Shown: piece after piece, positions 36,350-49,022 of the stretch
Layout of the letters: every line of letters begins with the position of its first letter
Position numbering within the stretch: the first letter of the stretch is position 1
Assembly: GCA_963667785.2 (NCBI GenBank)
Contig: CAXXMU010000002.1
Location: 352,001-416,000, forward strand
Direction of reading: 5' to 3'
DNA: 64,000 bases
Origin: Alphaproteobacteria bacterium
GTDB lineage: Bacteria > Pseudomonadota > Alphaproteobacteria > UBA828
Program-made: the position numbers and the translations under genes
Notes under the pieces: model-generated
What the model saw: only the letters and a program-made list of their open reading frames with translations
Databases searched by the model: none
What the model was told of the DNA's origin: nothing

Positions 36350-38113
36350 ATGACGGCCGAGACAGCAGAAGCACCCCAGGAGACCGCCGCCGCGAAGGAG
36401 AACTTCGCGGAGATGCTCGATGCGTTCCTCGACGACACGCCCCGCTTCGAGGGCGGCGTGGTCAAGGGCACGGTTCTCGCCATCGAGAACGATGCCGCCC
36501 TGATCGACGTCGGGCTCAAGGTGGAGGGCCGCGTTCCGCTCAAGGAGTTCGCCGCGCCCGGCCAGGCGGCCGAGGTGAAGGTGGGCGACGAGGTCGAGGT
36601 CTACATCGAGCGCTTCGAGACCGCGCGCGGCGAGGCCTCGCTGAGCCGGGAGCGGGCGCGGCGCGAGGAGGCCTGGGAGAAGCTGGAGCAGGCCTACAAG
36701 GACGGCGAGCGGGTCACCGGCGTCATCTTCGGCCGGGTCAAGGGCGGCTTCACGGTCGATCTCGACGGCGCCGTGGCGTTCCTGCCGGGCAGCCAGGTCG
36801 ACATCCGGCCGGTGCGCGACATCGCGCCGCTGGTCGGCACCGACCAGCCGTTCCAGATCCTCAAGATGGATCGCCGCCGGGGCAACATCGTCGTCTCCCG
36901 CCGCGCCGTGCTCGAGGATACCCGCGCCGAGCAGCGCAACGAGCTCATCGCCAACCTCCACGAGGGGCAGGTGCTCGAAGGCGTGGTCAAGAACATCACC
37001 GACTACGGCGCCTTCGTCGACCTGGGCGGGGTCGACGGCCTGCTGCACGTGACCGACATCTCCTGGCGCCGCGTCAACCACCCGGCCGACGCGCTCCAGA
37101 TCGGCCAGACGGTCAACGTCCAGGTCATCCGCTTCAACCCGGAGACCCAGCGCATATCGCTCGGCATGAAGCAGCTCGAGGCCGACCCGTGGGAGGGCGT
37201 CGAGGCCAAGTACCCGGTGCGGACGAAGTTCACCGGCCGGGTGACGAACATCACCGATTACGGTGCCTTCGTGGAGCTCGAGCCGGGCGTCGAGGGGCTG
37301 GTCCACGTCTCCGAGATGAGCTGGACCAAGAAGAACGTGCATCCGGGCAAGATCATCTCGACCAGTCAGGAGGTCGAGGTCATGGTGCTCGACGTCGACC
37401 CCGACAAGCGGCGCGTGAGCCTCGGCCTCAAGCAGTGCCTGGACAATCCCTGGATCAGCTTCGCCGAGACTCATCCCGAGGGGACGACCGTCGAGGGCGA
37501 GATCAAGAACATCACGGAGTTCGGCCTGTTCGTCGAGCTGCCGGGCGAGATCTACGGCATGGCGCACCTCTCGGACCTGGACTGGCTCGCCCCCGGCGAG
37601 GAGGCCCTGAAGCGGTACAGGAAGGGCGACGAGGTGAAGGCCAAGGTGCTGACGGTCGACGTCGAGAAGGAGCGGATCGGGCTCGGCCTGAAGCAGCTCG
37701 ACGACGACCCCTTCCACGGCGCGGAGGCGCGCCGCGGCCAGACGGTGACCTGCACCGTCACGGCGGTTCACGAACACAGCGTCGAGGTCGAGATATTCGG
37801 ATCGCTGCCCGGCGACATCAAGCGCTCCGATCTCGCCCGCGATCGCGACGAGCAGCGCCCCTCGCGCTTCGCGCCCGGCGACAAGGTCGACGCCAAGCTG
37901 TTGCAGATCGACCGCAATCACCGCCGCGTCTCCCTCTCCATCAAGGCCCTCGAGGTCCAGGAGGAGAAGCAGGCGATGGCGGAGTACGGCTCGACCGACA
38001 GCGGCGCCAGCCTGGGCGACATTCTAGGCGCCGCGCTCGACCGCAAGACCCAGGAAGAGGCGGCGCGCGCGGCGGATGCGGAGGATGCGGAGGACGCGCC
38101 GGACAAGAGCTGA
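36350..38113 (+). CDS. rpsA: 30S ribosomal protein S1
   Basis: Repeated S1 domains (NITDYGAFVDLGGVDGLLH...), SLGDILG tail. Confidence 0.97.
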   Translation: MTAETAEAPQETAAAKENFAEMLDAFLDDTPRFEGGVVKGTVLAIENDAALIDVGLKVEGRVPLKEFAAPGQAAEVKVGDEVEVYIERFETARGEASLSRERARREEAWEKLEQAYKDGERVTGVIFGRVKGGFTVDLDGAVAFLPGSQVDIRPVRDIAPLVGTDQPFQILKMDRRRGNIVVSRRAVLEDTRAEQRNELIANLHEGQVLEGVVKNITDYGAFVDLGGVDGLLHVTDISWRRVNHPADALQIGQTVNVQVIRFNPETQRISLGMKQLEADPWEGVEAKYPVRTKFTGRVTNITDYGAFVELEPGVEGLVHVSEMSWTKKNVHPGKIISTSQEVEVMVLDVDPDKRRVSLGLKQCLDNPWISFAETHPEGTTVEGEIKNITEFGLFVELPGEIYGMAHLSDLDWLAPGEEALKRYRKGDEVKAKVLTVDVEKERIGLGLKQLDDDPFHGAEARRGQTVTCTVTAVHEHSVEVEIFGSLPGDIKRSDLARDRDEQRPSRFAPGDKVDAKLLQIDRNHRRVSLSIKALEVQEEKQAMAEYGSTDSGASLGDILGAALDRKTQEEAARAADAEDAEDAPDKS

Positions 38114-38178
38114 GGCGCGCGCCGTGACCGTCTAGCGCAGGGTCCGGAGCGCGACGGGGCGCGCGATCCGACGGGGAC

Positions 38179-39087
38179 ATGGCGAACCTGGATCCCGACC
38201 GGCTGCTCGATCGCCGCCGTCTCAAGCGGGGCGTCGCCATCTGGCGGGCGCTGGCCATCGCGGCCCTGGTCGCGGTCGCGCTGGTCGCGGCGGCGCCCTT
38301 CGCCTTCGAGGACGGCGAGCGGGTCGCCCGGCTCTGGATCACCGGGTTCATCGAGGACGATCCCGCGCGCGACCGCCTCATCGCCGATCTCCGGGACGAC
38401 GACGCGGTGCGCGCGGTGGTACTGCGGATCGATTCCGCCGGCGGCACGGCGGTGGGGGGCGAGGCGCTCTACCTGAGCCTGCGCTCGCTTGCCGAGGCCA
38501 AGCCCGTGGTCGCCGTGCTCGGCACGACCGCGACGTCGGCGGCCTACATGGCCGCGCTTGCCGCGGACCGGCTGCTGGCCCGCGAGGCGTCGCTCACCGG
38601 CTCCATCGGCATCCTCTTCCAGACCGCCGAGTTCACGGCGCTGCTGGAGGAGATCGGCGTGCGCGCCGAGGCGATTCGCAGCGGCCCCCAGAAGGCGAAG
38701 CCCACCCCCTTCGAGCGGCTGGACGATCCCACCCGCCACGTCATGCGGAGCGTTGTGGACGACATCTACGACTCGTTCCTGGAGCTCCTGATGGAGCGCC
38801 GCTCCCTCGATCGTGACGCGGCGCTGGCGCTCGCCGACGGGCGCGTCTTCACGGGCGGGCAGGCGGTCCGGGCCGGCCTCGTGGACGCGATCGGCAGCGA
38901 GAGCGAGGCGCGCGCCTGGCTCGCCGAGGTCCACGGCGTGGCCGAGACTCTGCCGGCCGTGGACGTGGCCGGCGAGAGGGACGGGCTGATGGAGACCATC
39001 GGCGCCGCGCTCGAACATGTCGCGCCGGCGCGAACGCTCGCTCTTGACGGTCTGATCGCGGTTTGGCACCCTGATGTATCGGACTGA
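38179..39087 (+). CDS. sppA: signal peptide peptidase SppA (36K type)
   Basis: IDSAGG, ATSAAY, TGSIG, DGRVFTG; conserved position after rpsA. Confidence 0.9.
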   Translation: MANLDPDRLLDRRRLKRGVAIWRALAIAALVAVALVAAAPFAFEDGERVARLWITGFIEDDPARDRLIADLRDDDAVRAVVLRIDSAGGTAVGGEALYLSLRSLAEAKPVVAVLGTTATSAAYMAALAADRLLAREASLTGSIGILFQTAEFTALLEEIGVRAEAIRSGPQKAKPTPFERLDDPTRHVMRSVVDDIYDSFLELLMERRSLDRDAALALADGRVFTGGQAVRAGLVDAIGSESEARAWLAEVHGVAETLPAVDVAGERDGLMETIGAALEHVAPARTLALDGLIAVWHPDVSD

Positions 39088-39153
39088 AATGACGACGTTC
39101 TCGGCGGTCGGATGCAGGCGCCGGGGGGTGTCGGACAGCAGGGTGTCTCCAGC

Positions 39154-39441
39154 ATGACCAAGTCCGAGCTCATTCAGCGGCTGGCGGAGAAGCACGCCGA
39201 CCAGCACCTCTACCACCGCGATTACCAGCGCGTGGTGAACCGTCTCTTCACGGAGATCAGCGATGCGCTCGCGCAGGGCGACCGGGTCGAGCTTCGCGGT
39301 TTCGGCGCGTTCTCGGTCCGCCAGCGGGCGGCGCGGGTCGGCCGCAATCCGCGCACCGGGGTTGCGGTGCGGGTCGAGAGGAAGTTCCTGCCGTTCTTCA
39401 AGACCGGCAAGGAGCTGCGCGAGCGGATCAACCGCGCGTGA
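39154..39441 (+). CDS. ihfB: integration host factor subunit beta
   Basis: MTKSEL...[11 protein letters not shown]...GRNPRTG...[10 protein letters not shown]. Confidence 0.95.
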   Translation: MTKSELIQRLAEKHADQHLYHRDYQRVVNRLFTEISDALAQGDRVELRGFGAFSVRQRAARVGRNPRTGVAVRVERKFLPFFKTGKELRERINRA

Positions 39442-39535
39442 GCGGCGCGGCGTGACCGGCGCGCTGCGGTCGCAGGCCGCGGCCGTCGGAACGAGCGGCT
39501 GACGCGCCGCGCGCCGCGGCGGGAAGAGCCGGCCC

Positions 39536-39892
39536 ATGAGAATTCTCGCCTGGTCGATCGCAGCGGTGGTCGCGCTCGTCGTCATCGCCTTCGCCGTGGC
39601 GAACCGCGGGCCGGTCGCGATCAGCGTCGCGCCGCTCCCCTATCGGCTCGACATTCCCATCTGGGCGCTGGCGGTGGGCGCTCTGGCGGTGGGCTTTCTC
39701 ACCGGCGCCCTGGTGCGCTGGCTGCTCGACCACAAGCTGCGGCGGACCGCGCGGCGGGGACGGCGGCGTACGCGCGCGCTGGAGCAGGAGCTGGCGCAGG
39801 CGCGCGAGAAGCTCGACGATTCGATGCGGGCCCAGCGGGCGACGGTGCCCGCGACCCCGCCCGCCTCGCTGACGCCGAAGGACATGGCCTGA
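39536..39892 (+). CDS. LapA/DUF1049 family membrane protein
   Basis: FAVANR..V, two TM segments, coiled-coil tail; follows ihfB. Confidence 0.8.
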   Translation: MRILAWSIAAVVALVVIAFAVANRGPVAISVAPLPYRLDIPIWALAVGALAVGFLTGALVRWLLDHKLRRTARRGRRRTRALEQELAQAREKLDDSMRAQRATVPATPPASLTPKDMA

Positions 39893-39952
39893 CGGCGCCG
39901 CGGCGGCGCCCATCGCCGGGGATTTAGCAGCAGCGATCGGGTAGGGTAGGCC

Positions 39953-40620
39953 ATGCCTGTAGCGGTCAAGACCTGCGGACTGAGCGATCGCCGTGCCGTC
40001 GATGCGGCGGTGCGCGGCGGCGCGCGATTCCTGGGATTCGTGTTCTTCCCGCCGTCGCCGCGCGACGTCTCGCCGAGCCGCGCCGCGGCGCTCGCCGCCG
40101 ACCTGCCCGCCGGCACCGCGACCGTCGGCGTGGTCGTCGATCCCGACAACGACTTCATTGAGGGTATCCTTTCCCACATGCGACTCGACTACATCCAGCT
40201 CCACGGCAACGAGAGCCCGGCGCGGGCCGACGCGATCCGCGCGCGCACCGGCTGCCGCATCATCAAGGCCATCAGCGTCTCCGACGCCGCCGACATCGGC
40301 CGCGCGGAGGACTATCGCGAGAGCGCCGACCTGATCCTGTTCGACGCCAAGGCGAGCGCCGACGCCACCCGCCCCGGCGGCAACGCGCAGGCCTTCGACT
40401 GGCGGCTGTTCCGGGCGGCCCCGCCGCCCGCGACGGGCTGGCTGCTCTCCGGCGGGCTGGATGCCGGCAACGTCGGCGAGGCGGTCAGGATCACGGGCGC
40501 GCGGGCCGTCGATGTCTCGTCCGGGATCGAGGCGGCGCCCGGTCGCAAGGACCCGGAGAAGATCGGCGCCTTCCTGGCGGCGGCGGCCGCGGCCTCGCCT
40601 GCGGCGGACGGAGCCGCGGC

Positions 40621-40624
<4 letters not shown>
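39953..40624 (+). CDS. trpF: phosphoribosylanthranilate isomerase
   Basis: [26 protein letters not shown]. Confidence 0.95.
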
Positions 40625-41828
<1,204 letters not shown>

Positions 41829-41832
<4 letters not shown>

Positions 41833-42668
41833 GCGGGCGCATCGAGAGGCGCTTCGCCGCCCTTGCCGATGAGGGCCGCGCCGGGCTCGTGACCTTCACG
41901 ATGATGGGCGATCCCGACATCGAGACCTCCTTCGCTATCCTGGAGGGGCTCGCCGAGGCCGGCGCCGACATCATCGAGATCGGCTCGCCCTTCACCGATC
42001 CCATGGCGGACGGGCCGGTGATCCAGCGCGCCGGCCAGCGTGCGCTCAAGGCCGGCATCACGCTCGGCAAGACGCTCGAGCTGGTGCGGCGCTTCCGCGA
42101 GCGGGACGACGCCACGCCGCTGGTCCTCATGGGCTACTACAACCCCATCTACATCTATGGCGTGAAGCGCTTCCTGGAGGATGCGCTGGCGGTCGGCCTC
42201 GACGGCATGATCGTGGTCGACCTGCCGCCGGAGGAGGACGACGAGCTCTGCCGGCCCGCGCTCGACGCCGGCCTCTCCTTCGTGCGGCTGGCGGCGCCGA
42301 CGACCGACGATGCCCGCCTGCCGGCCGTGCTCACCAATACGAGCGGCTTCGTCTACTACATCTCCATCACCGGGATCACCGGCGCGGCGGGCGCCGCCGC
42401 CGCGGCGACGCAGGCCGCCGTCGAGCGCCTGCGCCGCCACACCCAACTGCCGATCGCCGTCGGCTTCGGCATCAAGACTCCGGCGCAGGCGGCGGAGATC
42501 GCACGGGTCGCCGATGCCGCGGTCGTGGGCTCGGCCCTGATCGCGGAGATCGAGGAGGGTCTCGACGCGGACGGCGGGGCGACGCCCGCCTGCCGCGACA
42601 ACGCGCTGGCGCTGGTGCGCGCGCTGGGAGAGGGCGTGCGCGGGGCGCGGCAGGAGGCGACATCGTGA
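41829..42668 (+). CDS. trpA: tryptophan synthase alpha chain
   Basis: [31 protein letters not shown]. Confidence 0.95.
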
Positions 42669-43600
42669 GCTGGCTCGATCGGTTCTCGCGGCCCAAGGTG
42701 AGCGGCCTCTTCCGCCGGCACGACATCCCGCACGACCTGTGGGAGAAGTGCAACGAGTGCGAGCAGATGATCTTTCACCGCGAGCTGGAGAGCAATCTCC
42801 GGGTCTGCCCGCGCTGCGACCATCACATGCGGCTCGGCGCGGAGAAGCGCTTGGGCCTGCTCTTCGACGACGACGGCTACCAGACCATCGAGCTGCCCGC
42901 CGTGACGGAGGACCCGCTCCGCTTCCGCGACCGCAAGCGCTACGTCGACCGGCTCCGCGAGGCGCGCGGCAAGACGGGCCACGACGACGCGATCGTGGTG
43001 GCCCACGGCCGCATCGGCGGCGCGCCGGCGGTCATCGCCTCGTTCGAATTCGGCTTCCTCGGCGGCTCGATGGGCACCGCCGTCGGCGAGAGCCTGCTCG
43101 CGGCCGCGCGGCTCGCGGTGCTTCAGGACTCGCCGCTGATCGTGATCCCGTCGTCGGGCGGCGCCCGCATGCAGGAAGGGGCGCTCTCGCTGATGCAGAT
43201 GGCGCGCACCACCGTCGCGGTCGACGAGCTGAAGGAAGCGGGCGTGCCCTATATCGTGCTGCTCACCAACCCGACGACGGGCGGCGTGACCGCGTCCTTC
43301 GCGATGCTCGGCGACATCGCCATCGCCGAGCCCGGCGCGGTCATCGGCTTCGCCGGCCCGCGCGTGATCGAGGAAACCATCCGCGAGAGGCTGCCCGAGG
43401 GCTTCCAGCGCGCGGAGTACCTGCGCGACCACGGCATGGTCGACATGGTGGTGCACCGCCGCAAGCTGCGCGAGACCCTGTCGCTGCTGCTGGCCCTGCT
43501 CAGGGACAAGAAGCCCGCGGCGGAGATCATCGCGCTGCATGGGAGCGCGGCGGGAGCGCGCGAGGGCAAGGACGAGCCGGCGCCGGTCGGCGCCGACTGA
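42665..43600 (+). CDS. accD: acetyl-CoA carboxylase carboxyltransferase beta subunit
   Basis: Zinc finger (CNEC...CPRC), [27 protein letters not shown]. Confidence 0.95.
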   Translation: MSWLDRFSRPKVSGLFRRHDIPHDLWEKCNECEQMIFHRELESNLRVCPRCDHHMRLGAEKRLGLLFDDDGYQTIELPAVTEDPLRFRDRKRYVDRLREARGKTGHDDAIVVAHGRIGGAPAVIASFEFGFLGGSMGTAVGESLLAAARLAVLQDSPLIVIPSSGGARMQEGALSLMQMARTTVAVDELKEAGVPYIVLLTNPTTGGVTASFAMLGDIAIAEPGAVIGFAGPRVIEETIRERLPEGFQRAEYLRDHGMVDMVVHRRKLRETLSLLLALLRDKKPAAEIIALHGSAAGAREGKDEPAPVGAD

Positions 43601-43641
43601 AGCCGCGCCCGTGCGCGTGCGGCGTGCCCCGGGGCGGTGAC

Positions 43642-44952
43642 GTGAGCGCCGCGCCCGACCGCGAGGCAGCGTTCGAGTCCGACGCGATCCTCGAGCGCCT
43701 GCTCGCGCTCCATCCCAAGGCCATCGACCTCTCGCTCGGGCGCATGACCCGGCTGCTCGATGCGCTGGGCAACCCGGAGCGTGCCGCGCCGCCCGTCATC
43801 CACGTCGCCGGCACCAACGGCAAGGGCAGCGTCGTCGCCTATCTGGAGGCGATGCTGCGCGCCGCCGGCCATCGGGTGCAGAGCTACGTCTCGCCCCACC
43901 TGGTGCGCTTCGCCGAGCGGATCCGGCTCGACGGCGTGCCGATCGGAGAGGAGGCCTTGCGCGCGAGCCTCGCCCATTGCGAGGCCGTCAACGACGGCGC
44001 GCCCATCACCTTCTTCGAGATCACCACCGCCGCGGCCTTCCACGCCTTCCGGCAGCACCCGGCGGACGTGCTGCTGCTGGAGGTCGGCCTCGGCGGCCGG
44101 CTCGACGCCACCAACGTGATCGCGCGCCCCGCGCTCACGGTAATCACGCCGGTCTCCATCGACCACACGCACTATCTGGGCGAGACGCTCCCCCTCATCG
44201 CTGCCGAGAAGGCCGGCATCCTGAAGGAGGGCGTGACCGGCGTCATCGGCCGGCAGGAGGCGGACGCCGCCGCGGCCATCGAGCGGGTGGCCGGGGAGGC
44301 GGGGGCGCCGCTCGCGCGGCTGGGCCGGGAGTGGTCCTTCGAGTGCGTTCGCGGGCATCTGAGCGTGCGGGACGGGCGGGGCGCCGGGCGCTATTCCCTG
44401 CCGGGGCTCGCCGGCCCCCACCAGGTCGAGAACGCCGCGCTCGCCGTCGCCTGCGCGCGCAGCCTACAGGGGTTCGCCCTCGACGATGCCGCCATATCGC
44501 AGGGTCTGAGGGAGGCGCGCTGGCCCGGACGGCTACAGCGCCTGCCCTGGCCGGGCCTCGCGCAAGGCTGGGAACTGTGGCTCGACGGCGGCCACAACGC
44601 GGCCGCGGCGGCGGCGCTGGCCCGCGTCGCAGAGGGCTGGGCCGACCGTCCGCTCGACCTCGTGGTGGGCATGCTGAACACGCGACCGCCGGCGGATTTC
44701 CTGCGGTCGCTCGCGCCGGTCGCGCGGCGGCTGGTCGCTGTGCCGATCCCGGATCAGGCCGCGAGCGCGGAACCGGACGACATCCGCGCCGCAGCGCGCG
44801 AAGTCGGGATCGAGGCGGAGACGGGGACAAGCGTTGCCGCGGCGATCGCGGGCCTGACCGCGGGCTCGGCCGGGCCCGCCCGCATCCTCGTCTGCGGCTC
44901 GCTCTATCTGGCGGGCGACGTGCTCGCGGCGGCGAAGGTCCCGGCCGCCTGA
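43642..44952 (+). CDS. folC: folylpolyglutamate synthase/dihydrofolate synthase
   Basis: HVAGTNGKGS, SPHL, EVGLGGRLDATN, WPGRLQ, DGGHN, GSLYL. Confidence 0.95.
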   Translation: MSAAPDREAAFESDAILERLLALHPKAIDLSLGRMTRLLDALGNPERAAPPVIHVAGTNGKGSVVAYLEAMLRAAGHRVQSYVSPHLVRFAERIRLDGVPIGEEALRASLAHCEAVNDGAPITFFEITTAAAFHAFRQHPADVLLLEVGLGGRLDATNVIARPALTVITPVSIDHTHYLGETLPLIAAEKAGILKEGVTGVIGRQEADAAAAIERVAGEAGAPLARLGREWSFECVRGHLSVRDGRGAGRYSLPGLAGPHQVENAALAVACARSLQGFALDDAAISQGLREARWPGRLQRLPWPGLAQGWELWLDGGHNAAAAAALARVAEGWADRPLDLVVGMLNTRPPADFLRSLAPVARRLVAVPIPDQAASAEPDDIRAAAREVGIEAETGTSVAAAIAGLTAGSAGPARILVCGSLYLAGDVLAAAKVPAA

Positions 44953-44974
44953 GCGGCCGGGGCGGGGAGGGGGC

Positions 44975-45295
44975 TCAGACCGCGCCGCGCAGCCACTCGG
45001 CGAGCTTGGCCTTGGGCAGCGCGCCCACCTTGGTATCGGCCACCTCGCCGTCCTTGAAGAGGATCAGGGTCGGAATCCCCCGGATGCCGTACTTCGCGGG
45101 CGTCGACGGGTTCGAGTCCACGTCCAGCTTGGCCACCGAGAGCGACTCGCCCATCTCGCCGGCGATCTCCTCCAGAGCCGGCGCGATGGCCTTGCAGGGG
45201 CCGCACCAGTCGGCCCAGAAGTCGACCAGAACCGGGCCTTCGGCGTTGAGGACCTTCTCTTCGAACTCGGCATCGGTGACGTGCGTGACGCTCAT
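44975..45295 (-). CDS. trxA: thioredoxin
   Basis: [16 protein letters not shown]; GGAGG RBS. Confidence 0.96.
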   Translation of the reverse strand: MSVTHVTDAEFEEKVLNAEGPVLVDFWADWCGPCKAIAPALEEIAGEMGESLSVAKLDVDSNPSTPAKYGIRGIPTLILFKDGEVADTKVGALPKAKLAEWLRGAV

Positions 45296-45631
45296 CGGGG
45301 CTCCTCCAGGACGGCGATCACCGGAATGTAGGTAGCGCGCCGGGGCCCGTCAACGGGCGGTCGCCCTGCGCGCATCGACCCCGGACGATGGTGCGGTCCA
45401 CGGCGCGGGCTGGCCGTGCGAGGGTGGCGGCATGATGCGTGAGAGCGGCGACGAGCGGGAAGGGGCGGGGCACGGCAGGGGGCGGTGGCGAAGTGGGATA
45501 TGGAGGCCGCCAGACCCCGCGGAATCCCTCGATATCCCACGAAATCCCGCATGCCCCCCCCTAGGCGAATCCCACTTTCGGCCGCCGCGTTGGGGCGCGA
45601 TGGGGGCAGCGCGCGCGTGCCGAAAGGGTCG

Positions 45632-45976
45632 CTAGCCCTCCGCCAGGAGCGCGGTCGCGATCGCCCGCCACTCGTCGCGCAGCGCCTGCTGCGATTGCGG
45701 CCGCCCGGCGCGCCGGTACCAGTAGCCGGCGTTGCGGAGATCGCCCTCGACGCGGTGGAGATAGGCGTGCACCCAGGCGCCGGCCGGGCCCTTGTCGGCC
45801 TGGGCGAGCGCATGGGCCTCGTCCCAGTGGCCGCGCGCCTCCTGCCAGAGCGCCTGGAGCGGCGTGCTCAGGCCCTCCGGCGGCGCCGGCTCGCCGAGCG
45901 AACGTTCGAAGCCCGTCAGGTCCATGATGCGCCTTTCGCCTGTCTCCGCGCCGGCCTCGTTGCGCGCGTCCATCAC
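45632..45976 (-). CDS. conserved hypothetical protein
   Basis: Conserved-looking WDEAH..AQ...AWVHAYLHRVEGD..NA.YWY motif; overlaps the hydantoinase stop. Confidence 0.7.
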   Translation of the reverse strand: MMDARNEAGAETGERRIMDLTGFERSLGEPAPPEGLSTPLQALWQEARGHWDEAHALAQADKGPAGAWVHAYLHRVEGDLRNAGYWYRRAGRPQSQQALRDEWRAIATALLAEG

Positions 45977-48093
45977 GCGCCGTCCGTGCCGGCGGCCAGG
46001 GTGATCTCGAAATTACCGTAGGCATCGACCAGGAGCGATTGCCCGGGGTGGACCACCACCGTGGTGACCTCGGTATCGATGACGGCGGGCCCCGCGATGC
46101 GGTTGCCGGGGACGAGGCGCGCACCGTCGAAGATGGGCGTCTCCGCCCGGCGCTCCCACGCGGCCCAGTAGACCGAGCGCGGCGGGCGGATGGCGTCGGG
46201 CGCGGGCTCCGCCTGCAGGCCGTCGGCCCTGCTGAGGCGGGGCTTCGGCGTCACGCCCGAGGCGCGGCAGCGGAAGGTGACGATCTCGAGCTGCGCGTTG
46301 GGAAGTGCTGCGCCGCGCCCGTAGAGCGCCTCGTAGCGGCGGCGGAACTCCTCGTGCAGCGCGGCGACCTCGTCGGCGGCCACGGCATCGCCCGCCAGTT
46401 CCACCTCGACCTCGTTGATCTGGCCCTTGTGCCGCATGTCGAGGGTGAAGCGGTAGTGCCGGTCCGCCGGCGCGATGTCGTCGGCCGCGAGATCGGCGGC
46501 GCCGCGCTCCTTCAGCCCGGCCAGCATCGCGTTGATCGTGCCGACGTCGAAGGGCGAGCGCATGATGTTGACCCGCTCGTGGACGTGCAGCAGGTCGGCC
46601 GCCGCCGCGCCGAAGGCGCACCAGACCGAGGCGGTCTCGCGCTGCGGCACGATCACCTTCGAGACGCCGAGCTCCTGCGCGAAGACCCCGGCATGGGCGG
46701 GGCCGGCGCCGCCGAAGGCGAAGAGCACGAAGTCGCGCGGGTCGTGGCCCTTCTGGATCGTCACCTTGCGGATCAGGTCGGCCATCTGGAACTCGACGAT
46801 GCGGGCGATGCCGCTCGCGGTCTCGTCCAGCCCGAGGCCGAGGCTGGCGCCCACGGGCTCCAGCGCGCGGGCCGCGGCGTCCCGGTCGAGCGCGATGGCG
46901 CCGCCGGCGAAGTTGTCCGGGTCGAGATAGCCGAGCACCAGGTCGGCGTCGGTGACCGTCGGCACCGCGCCGCCGCGGCCGTAGCAGACCGGGCCGGGAT
47001 CGGCGCCTGCGCTCTCCGGCCCGACGCGGAGCGCGCCGGTGGCTTCGTCGATCCGGGCCATGCTGCCGCCGCCCGCGCCGATCACCTGGATGTCGACCTT
47101 GGAGAGGTAGTACTCGTACTGGTGGACCAGGCTGCGGTAGGAGAACGCCGGCTCGCCGCCGTGGATGATGCCGACATCGAAGGACGTGCCGCCCATGTCG
47201 GTGGTGATGACGTTCTCGTAGCCCATGATGCCGCCGCCGTAGCGCGAGCCGGTGACGCCGGAGACCGGGCCGGAATCCAGCGTCAGCAGCGGCGCCGCCA
47301 TCGCCTTGGCCACCGGGATCGTGCCGCCCGCGCACTGGGTGATCTGCAGCGGGTGGTGGTAGCCGAGCTCGGTCGTGCGGCGGTCCATGCGGGCGAGGTA
47401 GCCGGTCACAAGCGGGCCGATATAGGCGTTGAGGGCGACCGCGGCGGTGCGCTCGTACTCGCCCCACTTCGGCACCAGCTCGGACGAGCAGGTGACGAAC
47501 AGGCCGGGCGCGATGCGCTCCACCATCGCCTTGACGCGGCGCTCGTGCTCGGGCGCGAGGAAGGACCAGAGGAAGCAGATGGCGATCGCCTCCACCCCGT
47601 CGGCGACGAGCCGGCGGATCGCCCGCTCCGCCTCCTCCTCGTTCAGCTCGACGACGACCTTGCCGAAGCAGTCCACCCGCTCCGAGACCCCCTCGATCAG
47701 GTACTTCGGCACGATGGGGTCCGGCTTGCTGCTCTCCGGGATGTGGACGACGAGGCGGATGTCGCGGCCGGTGAGCCCGCGCGAGCCGCGCATGATGTGG
47801 ATGACGTCGTTGTGGCCCCTGGTGGTGATGAGGCCGACCTTGACGCCCTTCTTCTGGATGATCGCGTTGGTGCCGACGGTGGTGCCGTGGGCCAGCACCG
47901 CGAGCTCGCGGCAGAGCGCATCGAGCGGCGTGTCGAGCTTGCCGGCGACGATGTCGAGGGCGGCGATCAGCCCCTCGCCGAAGTCCGCCGGGGTGGACGG
48001 CGCCTTGCCTGTGGTGACGCGGCCCTCCTCGTCCACCACCACGCAGTCGGTGAAGGTGCCGCCGATGTCGATGCCGCAGAGATAGGCGCTCAT
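45973..48093 (-). CDS. hydantoinase/oxoprolinase A-type subunit
   Basis: DIGGTFTD, HGTT, DSGP, DMGGTSFD, GAGGGS, SAGADPGP. Confidence 0.92.
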   Translation of the reverse strand: MSAYLCGIDIGGTFTDCVVVDEEGRVTTGKAPSTPADFGEGLIAALDIVAGKLDTPLDALCRELAVLAHGTTVGTNAIIQKKGVKVGLITTRGHNDVIHIMRGSRGLTGRDIRLVVHIPESSKPDPIVPKYLIEGVSERVDCFGKVVVELNEEEAERAIRRLVADGVEAIAICFLWSFLAPEHERRVKAMVERIAPGLFVTCSSELVPKWGEYERTAAVALNAYIGPLVTGYLARMDRRTTELGYHHPLQITQCAGGTIPVAKAMAAPLLTLDSGPVSGVTGSRYGGGIMGYENVITTDMGGTSFDVGIIHGGEPAFSYRSLVHQYEYYLSKVDIQVIGAGGGSMARIDEATGALRVGPESAGADPGPVCYGRGGAVPTVTDADLVLGYLDPDNFAGGAIALDRDAAARALEPVGASLGLGLDETASGIARIVEFQMADLIRKVTIQKGHDPRDFVLFAFGGAGPAHAGVFAQELGVSKVIVPQRETASVWCAFGAAAADLLHVHERVNIMRSPFDVGTINAMLAGLKERGAADLAADDIAPADRHYRFTLDMRHKGQINEVEVELAGDAVAADEVAALHEEFRRRYEALYGRGAALPNAQLEIVTFRCRASGVTPKPRLSRADGLQAEPAPDAIRPPRSVYWAAWERRAETPIFDGARLVPGNRIAGPAVIDTEVTTVVVHPGQSLLVDAYGNFEITLAAGTDGA

Positions 48094-48141
48094 GAGTTGT
48101 TCCGCAGGCGGTTTCGCGTGTGGTCGGAGGGGAGTGAGAGC

Positions 48142-48921
48142 TCAGTCGAAGAGCGCGACGGCCCTGGTCCAGCCGCCGGACGCCGCCTTGATCTTGCAGG
48201 GGAAGCACGCGACCGTGAAGCCGAAGGGCGGCAGCTCCTCCAGGTGCCGGAGCTTCTCCATGTGGCAGTAGGGCGTGTCGATCCCGGCATAGTGCCCTTC
48301 CCAGATGATCCGGGGATCCCGCGTCTTCAGCCAGCGCTCGCGCGTCGCCGAGAAGGGCGCGTCCCAGCTCCAGCCGTCGATGCCGGTCACGCGCACGCCG
48401 CGCTCGGTCAGGTAGTGGGTCGCCTCGCGGCCCATGCCGCAGCCGGAATGGATGTAGTCGTCGTGGCCGTATCTCTCGCCGGCCCGCGTGTTCACCAGCA
48501 CGATGTCCATGGGCTGGAGCTCGTAGCCGATTCGCCCGAGCTCGGCCTCGACGTCCGCCGGCGTCGCGACGTAGCCGTCGTCGAGATCGCGGAAGTCGAG
48601 CTTCACGCCCGGCCGGAAGTACCAGTCGAGCGGCATCTCGTCGATGGTCGGCATCCGGTTGCCCTTCGAATCCCGCGAGTTGTAGTGGTAGGGCGCATCC
48701 ATGTGGGTGCCGTTGTGGGTGGCGAGCTCGATGAACTCGATCGCCCAGCCCTCGCCGTTCGGCAACTGGTCCTCGCTGAGGCCGGGGAACAGCTCGCACA
48801 TGAGCGCCGCGCTCTCCTTCCCCGTCACGTAGCGGATCGAGGGCCGCATGAAGTCGGGGTCCACGACCGTTTCGTTGTCGAGGGGCTGGGAGATGTCGAC
48901 GATCCTGGACGGCAGCTTCAT
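48142..48921 (-). CDS. cyclase (kynurenine formamidase-like) family metal-dependent hydrolase
   Basis: THNGTHMDAPYH motif, GIDGWSWD. Confidence 0.9.
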   Translation of the reverse strand: MKLPSRIVDISQPLDNETVVDPDFMRPSIRYVTGKESAALMCELFPGLSEDQLPNGEGWAIEFIELATHNGTHMDAPYHYNSRDSKGNRMPTIDEMPLDWYFRPGVKLDFRDLDDGYVATPADVEAELGRIGYELQPMDIVLVNTRAGERYGHDDYIHSGCGMGREATHYLTERGVRVTGIDGWSWDAPFSATRERWLKTRDPRIIWEGHYAGIDTPYCHMEKLRHLEELPPFGFTVACFPCKIKAASGGWTRAVALFD

Positions 48922-49022
48922 CTTAGGCCCTCCTTGCAGCCGCTCCTTGTGCCCAAGCGGCGCGCCGGAGTCGAGGGAGAGAATCTTGAATGGCGGGCGG
49001 GCGAACGCGCTAGAATGGCGCC

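Noticed and set aside
35477-37921. 814-aa minus-strand ORF
   Set aside because: Antisense shadow of cmk/rpsA
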